Assembly (NCBI GenBank): GCA_018436925.1
Contig: JAHDKI010000017.1
Location: forward strand, 88,288 to 152,287
Reading direction: 5' to 3'
Source of the DNA: Syntrophaceae bacterium
GTDB taxonomy: Bacteria > Desulfobacterota > Syntrophia > Syntrophales > Smithellaceae
DNA length: 64,000 bases
Positions 47,131 to 55,880 of this stretch are shown here, in pieces. Under the pieces are notes generated by a model. The model saw only the letters and a list, made by a program, of their open reading frames with translations, was not told where the DNA came from and did no database searches. The position numbers were made by a program, and so were the translations under genes. Each line of letters starts with the position of its first letter. Within the stretch, counting starts at the first letter, position 1.

Positions 47131-48369
47131 TCAGGGCGCTCCCTCCCAGCCTGCGATTCTGGCCCACAGCCACCAGGCGGCGCGCCCTTTAAGAACACAA
47201 TTGAGCTTCGCCTGCGAGGGGCTGTCCGAGTGAGCACAACTGCTGCAATAGGTGTTGGTTAGCGTCGTCAGGATATGACCGGGGTTGGCATTGATCCACT
47301 CGGTGGCCCAGTTGCCGCCTGAATACGCACAATTTTCGTCGCCGTTGAGCATCATGAAATTGGTGGCGCCCACCGGGTCGAAACTTTCAATGTCGGCAAA
47401 ATCGAAAAGTATTTTGTTGTGGGTTCGGCAATAGGCTCGAATCTGTTCGTTGCGCAGATTGACGCTGCCTGCGGCCCCGCCCCCGTTGAGGTGGCCGGTC
47501 ATATAAACGAATCTGACATTCGGATAATCGTTTTCCAGCGCATTCATCAAATCGAGATAGGTCTGGATTTCAGCTTCGGTGCCGCCCACCTGTCCGCACC
47601 AGGACCACATGATGACATTAATCGTCGGATGGGCGGCCAGATAGGATCGCGTGGCCGTCGCCCAAGCCGTCCGGTCGGGATTTCCCAAATCGGAAGCGCC
47701 GGAAAAGGGTGTGTCGTGCAGCGAAAGCGCGCCCCCCGAGCCGCTACTATTGTAGGTGTAAAGGCTGTCGAAGGTGGCCAGTGCCGCCATTCCGGTTATC
47801 AACTGGCTTCCGTGGGACGTATGGCCATAGGCAATACGCAGGCCTGACTTGGCGGCGGCAATAGACGCGGCGGGGATGGAGGGAAAAGCCGCCGCCGCCA
47901 GATGATCCGCGATGATGGCCCCGGTCGGAGCGGGGGCTTCGCTGACGGTCACAATATATTGTTTTGTAGACTCGTCTTCAGCTGTAACCGTATAGGTCAC
48001 CGGGCCGGTAAAATCGTTGGCCGTGACACCGCTGGTCTGAATCAGGGAATCGACCGTCACGGACTCTCCCGTTGCGGTAAAGGTGGCAATCAGCGCGGAA
48101 CGGCCGGCGCCGTTGGGGACGGTTGCGAAAATATTTGTTCCTGCGATCGTTGCGACCACATCTTCAGACAGGTCGTTGTTGACGGCCTCTCGAAACGAAA
48201 AAGCGGTGATGTCTTTGTCGGAATCGGAAGGAAGGTTGGGCAGCGCCGCCAGGTTTGAATCGGAACCGCCCGAACAGGCTGCGATAAAAAGATAAAAAGC
48301 GATGAGCAGGACGGATCGGCGGCTGTTTGGCGCAATCCATTTCACGGCGGAAAGAAACATTCTGAACAT
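47131..48369 (-). CDS. lipoprotein of unknown function (Ig/cadherin-like N-domain plus uncharacterised C-domain)
   Basis: AAAGGAG RBS before ATG 48369 and lipobox IAAC. N-domain DITAFSF...FTGPVTYTVTAEDESTKQYIVTV. C-domain motifs YGHTSHGSQ, MWSWCGQ and YMTGHLNGGG are not recognised. Confidence 0.55.
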   Translation of the reverse strand: MFRMFLSAVKWIAPNSRRSVLLIAFYLFIAACSGGSDSNLAALPNLPSDSDKDITAFSFREAVNNDLSEDVVATIAGTNIFATVPNGAGRSALIATFTATGESVTVDSLIQTSGVTANDFTGPVTYTVTAEDESTKQYIVTVSEAPAPTGAIIADHLAAAAFPSIPAASIAAAKSGLRIAYGHTSHGSQLITGMAALATFDSLYTYNSSGSGGALSLHDTPFSGASDLGNPDRTAWATATRSYLAAHPTINVIMWSWCGQVGGTEAEIQTYLDLMNALENDYPNVRFVYMTGHLNGGGAAGSVNLRNEQIRAYCRTHNKILFDFADIESFDPVGATNFMMLNGDENCAYSGGNWATEWINANPGHILTTLTNTYCSSCAHSDSPSQAKLNCVLKGRAAWWLWARIAGWEGAP

Positions 48370-48595
48370 TTCGAACTCCTTTCTTTCTAAGGCCCGGCAA
48401 CGCGCCGGACTTCTTCGGGGCCTCTGAATTAAAATGAACGCATGCCTCAATGGTCTCTCTTATCCGGAGAGCCGGGCAATTTGAGATATTTATGATTTTG
48501 AATTCGTTTTTGGAGCGTATCGGTAACGTATTCCCTTTGATTTCAAGATGTCAAGAGAAAAAACCGGTCGACCGGATCCCGTTTTATGCCGGTAG

Positions 48596-49660
48596 TCAGC
48601 GAATATGGATGATGCATCCCGTCGGCGCCGTTACGGTTTGACCCTCCGCCGCAGGGAAATGGAGAGTGACCCGGTATGCGCCGGGCGAAAGGGAAGTTCC
48701 GTCGAAGCGAGCCGACCAGCCTAGATAAGGCGGGCCCTGCCGGTCGTCGCCGGAAAGGTTAAGGTGGCGCGCCACATCGGGCCGGGAATGAATAAACGCC
48801 GCCGGGGCGAACGCATTGTTGAGGCCGACGGTCATCTCTTTCATCTTGACGCCGTGGCGATAATCATAGGCCCAGCCGGCTATCGACAGGGAAGAAAGTC
48901 CGGTCGGCAAGGTGATGGATCGATCTTCGCGGGGTTTGCTGCGAGCCGGCAGCCGGCCCTCAACCGTGTCCAGGCTGTACTCGATACTGCCGTAATCGTC
49001 GAGATAAGTCCGGTGGATCCAGGATCGCAAAAGGTCCGGGCTATGGCCAAGACGCGACAGGCCCCGCCAGGCTTCATATTGTCCGAAAAACAACGGCCCG
49101 ACGGACGTCCTGCCGGGAATAATGCCGAACCGCCAGGTCATCTGCTTTAAAGCGGTCTCATAGGGAACATTCTCTTCCAGAGCCAGAATCAGCGCGCTGA
49201 CGAAACTGGTGCGATCGATGCCTTGACGGCAGTGAATCAGAAGAGGTTTGTCGGCTGAATCCAGACAATGAAGCAATGCAATGACAAGACGCACGGGAGG
49301 CAGGCTCGAGGCATCAAAGGAGAAATCATAAAGGGCCGCGCCGTGCGCTTGAGCGATTTGTCTTTCCGTTTCGTACCATTGCCTTCCTTCATTGTCGCCC
49401 CGCAAGTTGATAATCGTCTTGAGGTTATATTTCCGGATGGCCCGGTGAAGTTGCTCGCCGTCGAGTTGACCGCTTCGGTAGACCGTTTTGTCGATCACGG
49501 GATGCAGGGTCCGGTTTGCATACGTGATGACATAGACGCACGCCGCTCCAATCGCCAGAAAGACGATCATCGATGCAAGACACCAGGTGACGAACCGGTT
49601 CCGGATCCATCTGAATCCCTCTTTTTGACTGTCATGCATGGCGGTTCGCTTTCCGATCAA
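48596..49660 (-). CDS. membrane-anchored Cys-based protein tyrosine/dual-specificity phosphatase-like protein
   Basis: One TM helix. CX5R loop in LLIHCRQGIDRTSFV and a C-terminal beta-rich domain. Start may be ATG 49639. Confidence 0.7.
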   Translation of the reverse strand: MIGKRTAMHDSQKEGFRWIRNRFVTWCLASMIVFLAIGAACVYVITYANRTLHPVIDKTVYRSGQLDGEQLHRAIRKYNLKTIINLRGDNEGRQWYETERQIAQAHGAALYDFSFDASSLPPVRLVIALLHCLDSADKPLLIHCRQGIDRTSFVSALILALEENVPYETALKQMTWRFGIIPGRTSVGPLFFGQYEAWRGLSRLGHSPDLLRSWIHRTYLDDYGSIEYSLDTVEGRLPARSKPREDRSITLPTGLSSLSIAGWAYDYRHGVKMKEMTVGLNNAFAPAAFIHSRPDVARHLNLSGDDRQGPPYLGWSARFDGTSLSPGAYRVTLHFPAAEGQTVTAPTGCIIHIR

Positions 49661-49792
49661 CCAGCCCCTCTTGAGGGGATCGGCGCTTTTTTTATAATGC
49701 GTCTTTCATAGCTTTCCTTTGATCGGCTGTCAAGACGGCCTTCTTTCTGGTCGGAATCCGTTGCCGCCTCCGTCGCGTATCCGGCAATTGCG

Positions 49793-49840
49793 GAAAAAAC
49801 GAATCCCCCGGAAGCGTGCGGCGGCCGTTTGGGGGGATTC
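49793..49840 (-). terminator. rho-independent terminator after the SDR gene
   Basis: 9-bp stem GAATCCCCC / GGGGGATTC with a 22-nt loop, followed on the minus strand by GTTTTTT. Confidence 0.6.
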
Positions 49841-49864
49841 GCATCTTGAGCGGGAAGGTCTTCA

Positions 49865-50677
49865 TCAATACGCTCCGGCAAGCGACACGTTGGACAGCAG
49901 CACGGCGCCGTCAATGAGGATTTCGGCTCCGGTCGTGTAGCTCGAAGCGTCGCCGGCCAGATAAACCGCTGCTCCGGCAATGTCGTCGGGATGTCCGATA
50001 CGCCCCATCGGCAGCGCGTTTTCCAGATCCTGCTTTGCTTTGCGGGCGTCTTCCGGCGACAGGTTGAACCAGTGAGAGTCCATCATCTTGGAGGTGACGG
50101 GCCCCGGGGCAATAGTGTTGACCTGGATGTTGTAGGGCGCCAGTTCCGCGGCGAACGCCTTGGTAATCATCCGCACGCCGGCTTTGGAGATGGAGTAGAT
50201 GCTGACAAACGGTTCCGGTTTGTAACCGTTGATGGACGCGATATTGATGATTTTGCCTCCTCCTTGTTTTTTCATAAGCCGGCCGGCGGCCTGACTGAGA
50301 AAATAGACCCCTTTCAAATTCAAGTTCATGACCGTATCCCACAGTCGTTCTTCACTCTCGAGGACGCTGCCCATCGACGGGCTGGCGCCGGCATTGTTGA
50401 CCAGAATGTCAAGCCGGCCGTAGCGGTCTTCGATGGTTTGGATGACGCGCGAGATCTCATCCATTCTGCCTAAGTGTGCGGGAAGCGTGAAGACGTCTCC
50501 GCCGCAGGCCCGGATGTCGGCGGCCGTCACCTCAAGGTCCGCGGCCTTGCGGCTGGTGATGATGACTTTGGCGCCCGCCCGGGCAAAGTCCAGCGCAATG
50601 GCCCGGCCGATGCCGCGGCTTCCGCCGGTCACGAGGGCGACCTTCCCGGTCAATAGAAATTTTGTGTGGTCGAACAT
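49865..50677 (-). CDS. SDR-family oxidoreductase (3-oxoacyl/3-hydroxyacyl reductase-like)
   Basis: GGAGGAG RBS before ATG 50677. TGGSRGIGRAIA, NNAG, and YSISKAG (YxxxK). Confidence 0.9.
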   Translation of the reverse strand: MFDHTKFLLTGKVALVTGGSRGIGRAIALDFARAGAKVIITSRKAADLEVTAADIRACGGDVFTLPAHLGRMDEISRVIQTIEDRYGRLDILVNNAGASPSMGSVLESEERLWDTVMNLNLKGVYFLSQAAGRLMKKQGGGKIINIASINGYKPEPFVSIYSISKAGVRMITKAFAAELAPYNIQVNTIAPGPVTSKMMDSHWFNLSPEDARKAKQDLENALPMGRIGHPDDIAGAAVYLAGDASSYTTGAEILIDGAVLLSNVSLAGAY

Positions 50678-50829
50678 CGATTCTCCTCCTGTCAAGTATG
50701 GTTCAGAGTGAAACGGAAAAAGCCTTCGGCGTTTTTTGCCGATTGCGTTTTCCACTTAAAATTTTTTTTGCGGGCCGGCGCTGCCGCTTCCAGATTATCA
50801 TTGCGCCTTCGAAGCTCCTGCCCCGTGCG

Positions 50830-51981
50830 TTATGCACTGATTGAGGCGTTGCGCAGCATGGTTGTCGGGCGGAAGAGGTCCAGTCCGAACTTGTCGTGCA
50901 GATCCTCCAGCCGATTCAGCAAGATGCCGTAGCCGGTCTGCCTGGCCATGGCGAAGGGGCCGATCGGCACGCCGCCGCCGCAGGCCAGCGCCTGGTCGAT
51001 CAGGTCCGGATTTTCAGCCACGCCTTCTTCAAGCAGCTTGGTGGCCTCATTGATCTGAAGGGCTCGTATATGATGGATGTCGTATTCCCGGGTGGCTTTG
51101 GCGGCGTCGATCACCGGCCGGCCGTCGGACCAATCGAAAAATCCTCTTCTGGTTTTCCGGCCCAATGTTCCCGCCGACAGGTAAGCCGACAGCTCGGCGG
51201 AGGGTTTATAGTCGGTCGATAAGACGCTGCTGAAATATTCGAGTCCGCAAACCATGACATCAATGCCGACGTAGTCCATCAGTTCGAAGGGCGTCATCGG
51301 CAGAGTCGCTTTGAAGGCGGCGTCGAATTCTTCCGGAGACGGATGCCCGACTTCCAGGATTTTCGACAAGAGGACAAGCAGCGGCTCATTGATGCGATTA
51401 TAAATAAACCCGGGAGAGTCTTTTCCCACCATCACGGGCGTCTTTCCGATCTGCAAGGCCATGTCATAGGCGGTTTGCAGCGACTCGGGGGACGAGTCGG
51501 CGCCTTTGATGACTTCCACAAGCTTCATGATGACGGCGGGATTGAAAAAATGATAGCCGATGACTTTGTCGGGTCTTTTCGTTGCGCGGGCGATCTCCGA
51601 AATGCTGATGTTTGATGTGTTGGAAGCCAAAATGGCATGCGGGGGCGCTAAGCGGTCCAGGTCGGAGAAAATTTGCTTCTTAAGATCCGGTTGTTCGGGA
51701 ACGGCTTCGATAATGAAGTCGGCCTCGCAGGCGGCGTGCTTGAGGTTAGTGCAGGAAATCAATCGCGTCAGGCTGCAGGCCGCTGTTTCCGGCGTGATCT
51801 TCCTTGCCGCCTGGAACCTTTCCAGGCTGTTGATGATTCCTTCCACGCCTCGTTGCACATAGTTGGGGTCGATGTCCTGCAGGATAACCGTGTAGCCGCC
51901 CAGGAGAAAGCAGGCCGCAATGGCATGCCCCATGTTGCCGGCGCCGATCACGGCGATTCTTTTTACGTCTTCGATGGTCAT
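50830..51981 (-). CDS. 3-hydroxyacyl-CoA dehydrogenase
   Basis: IAVIGAGNMGHAIA, ASNTSNISISEI, HFFNPAVIMKLVEV. Confidence 0.9.
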   Translation of the reverse strand: MTIEDVKRIAVIGAGNMGHAIAACFLLGGYTVILQDIDPNYVQRGVEGIINSLERFQAARKITPETAACSLTRLISCTNLKHAACEADFIIEAVPEQPDLKKQIFSDLDRLAPPHAILASNTSNISISEIARATKRPDKVIGYHFFNPAVIMKLVEVIKGADSSPESLQTAYDMALQIGKTPVMVGKDSPGFIYNRINEPLLVLLSKILEVGHPSPEEFDAAFKATLPMTPFELMDYVGIDVMVCGLEYFSSVLSTDYKPSAELSAYLSAGTLGRKTRRGFFDWSDGRPVIDAAKATREYDIHHIRALQINEATKLLEEGVAENPDLIDQALACGGGVPIGPFAMARQTGYGILLNRLEDLHDKFGLDLFRPTTMLRNASISA

Positions 51982-52020
51982 AACGTCTCCTTTCGTTGCG
52001 AAATCATAGCCAGGCGCGTA

Positions 52021-52036
52021 AGCAGATTTTGTGCCA
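52021..52036 (-). promoter_or_regulatory. sigma-54 promoter candidate for the hydroxyacyl-CoA dehydrogenase/SDR operon
   Basis: The minus strand reads TGGCAC-AAAAT-CTGCT, near consensus. It lies about 40 nt upstream of ATG 51981, with AAAGGAGA between them. Confidence 0.6.
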
Positions 52037-52228
52037 TGGAATTTCCGGTCTGGTCATTTCACCCCGGATAACTTTTCGCCGATCGGGCAGCCGTCTGTGA
52101 TTTCCCGGCTTGCAATTTGCATTTTCATTCGATAGACGTGGAACCAGGTTAGGGTCGTGAAAAGGCCGTGAGCCGCGGCCGAATGCGGCGCTTTTGATTA
52201 TCGACGGCGGAAATCGCGCGGGCCGCGG

Positions 52229-54118
52229 ATGCAAAAGAAAATTCCGGTGGCGAGAATGGCGGTAAAAAACAAAAAAGGTGCGCAAGGTCAAAGTCAATTC
52301 AAACCGGCATCCACCCGTGTCGCGCCGGATCGACTGACCGACCCAGTTGGGCGCGATGCGGCCTATCGGAAAAAAAAGGAAGCGACGACGGACACCGTTG
52401 AGGGCCTTCGCCGGATCATTGACAGCTACGCGACCATCATAGATCGCGTAGAGGACTGCGTCGGCCAGGTTGATCTGACAGGAAACATTGTCTTCACCAA
52501 CAAGGCGGGGGTTCGCATATGGGGCTTCAAGGAAGAAGGCGATATCATCGGTTTGAATTTCCGTCAGTATATGGATCCGGAAACAGCCGATTTTGTTTTT
52601 AAAGCCTATCATCGTGTTTTTCAAACCGGCCGGCCCGACAAGATCACCTATGACATCATCCGCCAGGACGGGGCGCAGCGAACGATTGAAGATTCCGTCG
52701 CGCCCATCCGCTCCGAAGGAAAACAGATTACGGGATTTCAAACCGTCAGCCGCGATGTGACCGAGCGTCTGCTCAAAGAGAAGGAACTGGCCGCGCACCG
52801 AAGCCGGCTGGAAGCCATTTTTCGAAGCGTCAAAGACGCCATCATTACGGTGGATTCCGAGATGAACGTGATCGAGGCCAACATGAACACGGAGACGATC
52901 TGCGGTCTTCAAACGGCCGCATTGCTGGGCAAAACGTTTTCCGAGTGTCTGGCCCAATGCAATCGGTCCTGTATCGATGTTTTGCGGCAGACCCTGGATA
53001 ACAGGACGACCGTCAAGGAGTATCGCATCGAATGCGGACACACCCAACACCAGAAGCAACAGGTCAGCGTGACCAGTTCGCCGCTTCTGGACCCCGAAGG
53101 CTGTTTCATGGGAGCGGTCCTCGTCATCCGGGACATGACCCTGCTTACAAATCTGGAACGTGAACTTCGAGAACGAAACCAGTTTCAAAATATTATCGGC
53201 CGAAGCAAAAAGATGCAGGAAATCTTTCGTCTGCTTGAGGATCTGGCCGACCTGGACACCACCGTCTTGATCACCGGAGAAAGCGGAACCGGCAAAGAAC
53301 TGGTTGCGCGCGCTTTGCACTACAGCGGCATTCGGGCTTTCAAGCCGTTCGTGACGGTGAATTGCTCCGCGTTGACGGAAAGCCTGCTGGAGAGCGAACT
53401 GTTCGGCCACGTCAGAGGCGCGTTTACCGGGGCGATCAAGGATCGCCAGGGGCGTTTTCAGGCGGCGGAAGAAGGAACGATTCTGCTCGACGAGATCGGA
53501 GACATTTCGCCGGTTATTCAGGTGAAACTTTTGCGCGTGCTGCAGGAAAAAATCATTGAAAGAGTGGGCGAGTCCGTGTCGAGGCCGGTGAATGTCCGGG
53601 TGATAGCCAGCACAAACAGGAATCTGCGTGAAAAAGTGAGGATCGGCGAATTTCGTGAAGACCTCTACTATCGCCTGAAGGTCGTTGAAGTCGCCCTGCC
53701 TCCGCTGCGCGAGCGGCTCGAAGACCTGCCCTTGCTGATCGACCATTTCCGTCAGGTCTTCAATAAACGATTCAAGAAAAATGTTGACGGTTTTTCCAAT
53801 GAAGTGCTCGATCGTTTCATGGATTACCCCTGGCCAGGCAATATCCGGGAACTGGAGCATGTCATCGAACACGCATTCATTCTCTGTCACGGCAATATTC
53901 TCACCTACGAGCATTTGCCGACGGAAATCAGAGCTTATCCGGAAGCGGACGACAAGAAAACCGTTTCGGACAGCACTCGGCGGGAATCGGATCTTTTTGC
54001 TAAAACGCTGGATGCCTTGTCGCGGGCCGGCGGGAACAAGGCCAAGGCGGCCAGGCTTTTGGGAATCGACCGACGGACGCTGTACCGGAGGCTCGATAAG
54101 TATAACATTGCCCGCTAG
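52229..54118 (+). CDS. PAS-domain sigma-54-dependent transcriptional activator (no receiver domain)
   Basis: Two PAS segments, GESGTGKE, GAFTGA, and a C-terminal HTH NKAKAARLLGIDRRTLYRRL. Confidence 0.9.
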   Translation: MQKKIPVARMAVKNKKGAQGQSQFKPASTRVAPDRLTDPVGRDAAYRKKKEATTDTVEGLRRIIDSYATIIDRVEDCVGQVDLTGNIVFTNKAGVRIWGFKEEGDIIGLNFRQYMDPETADFVFKAYHRVFQTGRPDKITYDIIRQDGAQRTIEDSVAPIRSEGKQITGFQTVSRDVTERLLKEKELAAHRSRLEAIFRSVKDAIITVDSEMNVIEANMNTETICGLQTAALLGKTFSECLAQCNRSCIDVLRQTLDNRTTVKEYRIECGHTQHQKQQVSVTSSPLLDPEGCFMGAVLVIRDMTLLTNLERELRERNQFQNIIGRSKKMQEIFRLLEDLADLDTTVLITGESGTGKELVARALHYSGIRAFKPFVTVNCSALTESLLESELFGHVRGAFTGAIKDRQGRFQAAEEGTILLDEIGDISPVIQVKLLRVLQEKIIERVGESVSRPVNVRVIASTNRNLREKVRIGEFREDLYYRLKVVEVALPPLRERLEDLPLLIDHFRQVFNKRFKKNVDGFSNEVLDRFMDYPWPGNIRELEHVIEHAFILCHGNILTYEHLPTEIRAYPEADDKKTVSDSTRRESDLFAKTLDALSRAGGNKAKAARLLGIDRRTLYRRLDKYNIAR

Positions 54119-54171
54119 TGTGGCGCATTGCCACAGAAGTGGGGGCCACAGTTATGTGGCCCGGTGCTACA
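54119..54171 (+). promoter_or_regulatory. upstream activator sequence array 1 (TGTGGC/GCCACA palindromes)
   Basis: TGTGGC-GCATT-GCCACA (54119-54135), GCCACA-GTTA-TGTGGC (54145-54160) and TGTGGC-CCGGT-GCTACA (54155-54171). Confidence 0.6.
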
Positions 54172-54234
54172 ACGCCTGCCTCCGATCCATCCCTCATTCA
54201 AAATAACCCATTGATATATCCCTGTATTTTTTTC

Positions 54235-54250
54235 TGGCATGATCTATGTA
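54235..54250 (+). promoter_or_regulatory. sigma-54-like promoter candidate 1 (atypical -12 GT)
   Basis: TTC-TGGCAT-GATCT-ATGTA lies about 40 nt upstream of ATG 54290. An IHF-like site (reverse strand TATCAATGGGTTA) sits at 54204-54216, between the UAS and the promoter. Confidence 0.4.
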
Positions 54251-54289
54251 GTTCAGGTTTTCAAAGATCGAAAAGGAGGAACCTGAAAT

Positions 54290-55531
54290 ATGAATCATTT
54301 TAAGTTATTTATCGGTTTGATCGTCTTTGTCATGTTCTTTGCGGCGTCGGGAACAAGCCGGGCCGGCGAAATCGTCATCGGCTATACGGGGCCCTTAAGC
54401 GGACCTGCCGCTGAATATGGCCAGGATATTCTGTACGGCGTGGAGATGGCGGTCAAAGAAATTAATGCCGCAGGCGGCGTTTCGGTGAACGGGAATAAGT
54501 ATACCATGAAGCTGCTTCGGGCGGATGACCGTGTCGATCCGGTCATGGCGACCAATAACGCGCGGCGATTCAAGGCAAGCGGTGCCGTCGCCGTTTTCAA
54601 CGGCGTCTTCACTACGGTGGCTCCCCTTCTGAAGATCAATGAAGAGCAGGGCAATGAATTTATCGTCAGCGCCTATGTCAGCGCACCGAAGTTGGACACG
54701 CTCGGCAACAGTCTTTTGGTGACGGCCACATTGGCCAATGATGTTTACGTGCGGGCCTTTGCCGATTGGGCGCTGAAAAAAGGCTGGAAAAAATGTGCCA
54801 TGGTGGTCACGCTGGGCGCCTACGGCGATGAATGGCGAAGCACATTCCGGTCGTACTGGGAAAAAAATGGCGGAACCATTTCGGCCGATAAACCGGCCAA
54901 TTATTACGCCGAAACGGATTTCACTCCGCAATTGTCGGCCGCTTTGGTCAGCGCTCCGGAAGTCATGCTGATCGGCGGCCCCTCGCCCACGACCGCTCTC
55001 GTTATAGAACAAGCCCGTTCGCTGGGGTATAAAGGGGCTTTTATCCTCATTGATCAGGCCAACCAGGATTACATTGCCCGTATGCTCAAAGGGACCGAGC
55101 TTATGGGCAATTTGATCGGTGTGGGCGGCCCCACAAGCCTAACCTCCCCGGGATCGGCCCAGTTTGCCAGGAACTATACCGAGCAATACAAAAGAATGGT
55201 GACCTGGGAGTGCGTGCTCAACTACACCGCGACTCATGCGCTGGCTCGCGCGATTACGGCTGCCGGAACGGCAACGGACGTCCGTAAAATCCGCGCCTCG
55301 TATGCCAAGGCTTTGGCAACGCCGATGTTGGGCGACAGATATCCCAATGAGATCTATGGTGTTGGTCCCACCGGGCGCGTGTTCGTCGGCGCCTCCGTCC
55401 AGACGATCACTTCAGGAAAACCCGATCCTTCAACCGTTTATGTTTGGTGGGCAAAAAGTCAGAAAGAATTTGATATGATCAAAAGCCAGACCGCGTTTAA
55501 AGGCAACGAGATGATCTGGCAGAAGCACTAA
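54290..55531 (+). CDS. ABC-transporter periplasmic substrate-binding protein (Leu/Ile/Val-type, family 6)
   Basis: AAAAGGAGG RBS and signal peptide. EIVIGYTGPLSGPAAEYGQDILYGVEMAVKEINAAGGV. Confidence 0.9.
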   Translation: MNHFKLFIGLIVFVMFFAASGTSRAGEIVIGYTGPLSGPAAEYGQDILYGVEMAVKEINAAGGVSVNGNKYTMKLLRADDRVDPVMATNNARRFKASGAVAVFNGVFTTVAPLLKINEEQGNEFIVSAYVSAPKLDTLGNSLLVTATLANDVYVRAFADWALKKGWKKCAMVVTLGAYGDEWRSTFRSYWEKNGGTISADKPANYYAETDFTPQLSAALVSAPEVMLIGGPSPTTALVIEQARSLGYKGAFILIDQANQDYIARMLKGTELMGNLIGVGGPTSLTSPGSAQFARNYTEQYKRMVTWECVLNYTATHALARAITAAGTATDVRKIRASYAKALATPMLGDRYPNEIYGVGPTGRVFVGASVQTITSGKPDPSTVYVWWAKSQKEFDMIKSQTAFKGNEMIWQKH

Positions 55532-55565
55532 CGGACCCTTTCCCAGTGTTGTTCTCTTTCTTGGA

Positions 55566-55599
55566 GAAAGGACGGGCTTGCCCGTCCTTTCTTTTTTTT
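55566..55599 (+). terminator. strong rho-independent terminator
   Basis: Perfect 11-bp stem GAAAGGACGGG-CTTG-CCCGTCCTTTC followed by T8. Confidence 0.85.
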
Positions 55600-55705
55600 C
55601 AAGGCGGCAACAACCCATGCAGAAGCTTTTGTTTGCGGGGCTTGGCTTGCGTTGGCCCATTTCTATGCGGCGATGCAACTGCGCGGCGCCAAAAAATGAG
55701 GCGTC

Positions 55706-55746
55706 GCCACACTAGTGTGGCCCACATTCTGTGGCGCCATGCTACA
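55706..55746 (+). promoter_or_regulatory. upstream activator sequence array 2 (same half-sites as array 1)
   Basis: GCCACA-CTAG-TGTGGC (55706-55721) and TGTGGC-GCCAT-GCTACA (55730-55746). The 10-mer CTAGTGTGGC is shared with array 1. Confidence 0.6.
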
Positions 55747-55823
55747 GCCGCGATTTCCCTCACAGACCGGCATTATGGACCTATCATATTGAATTCACTG
55801 CCTTTCGACATCAACCGGATTTC

Positions 55824-55839
55824 TGGCATAGTCCGTGTA
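55824..55839 (+). promoter_or_regulatory. sigma-54-like promoter candidate 2 (atypical -12 GT)
   Basis: TTC-TGGCAT-AGTCC-GTGTA has the same architecture and the same TTCTGGCAT as candidate 1. It lies about 40 nt upstream of ATG 55881. Confidence 0.4.
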
Positions 55840-55880
55840 CTAGCCTGATGCAAAATAAACTTTTTCCAGGTGAATGGCAG

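Noticed and set aside
52004-53914. 636-aa minus-strand ORF
   Set aside because: It is fully antisense to the PAS/sigma-54 activator (52229..54118), which carries Walker A, GAFTGA and HTH motifs. The shadow protein has no motifs.
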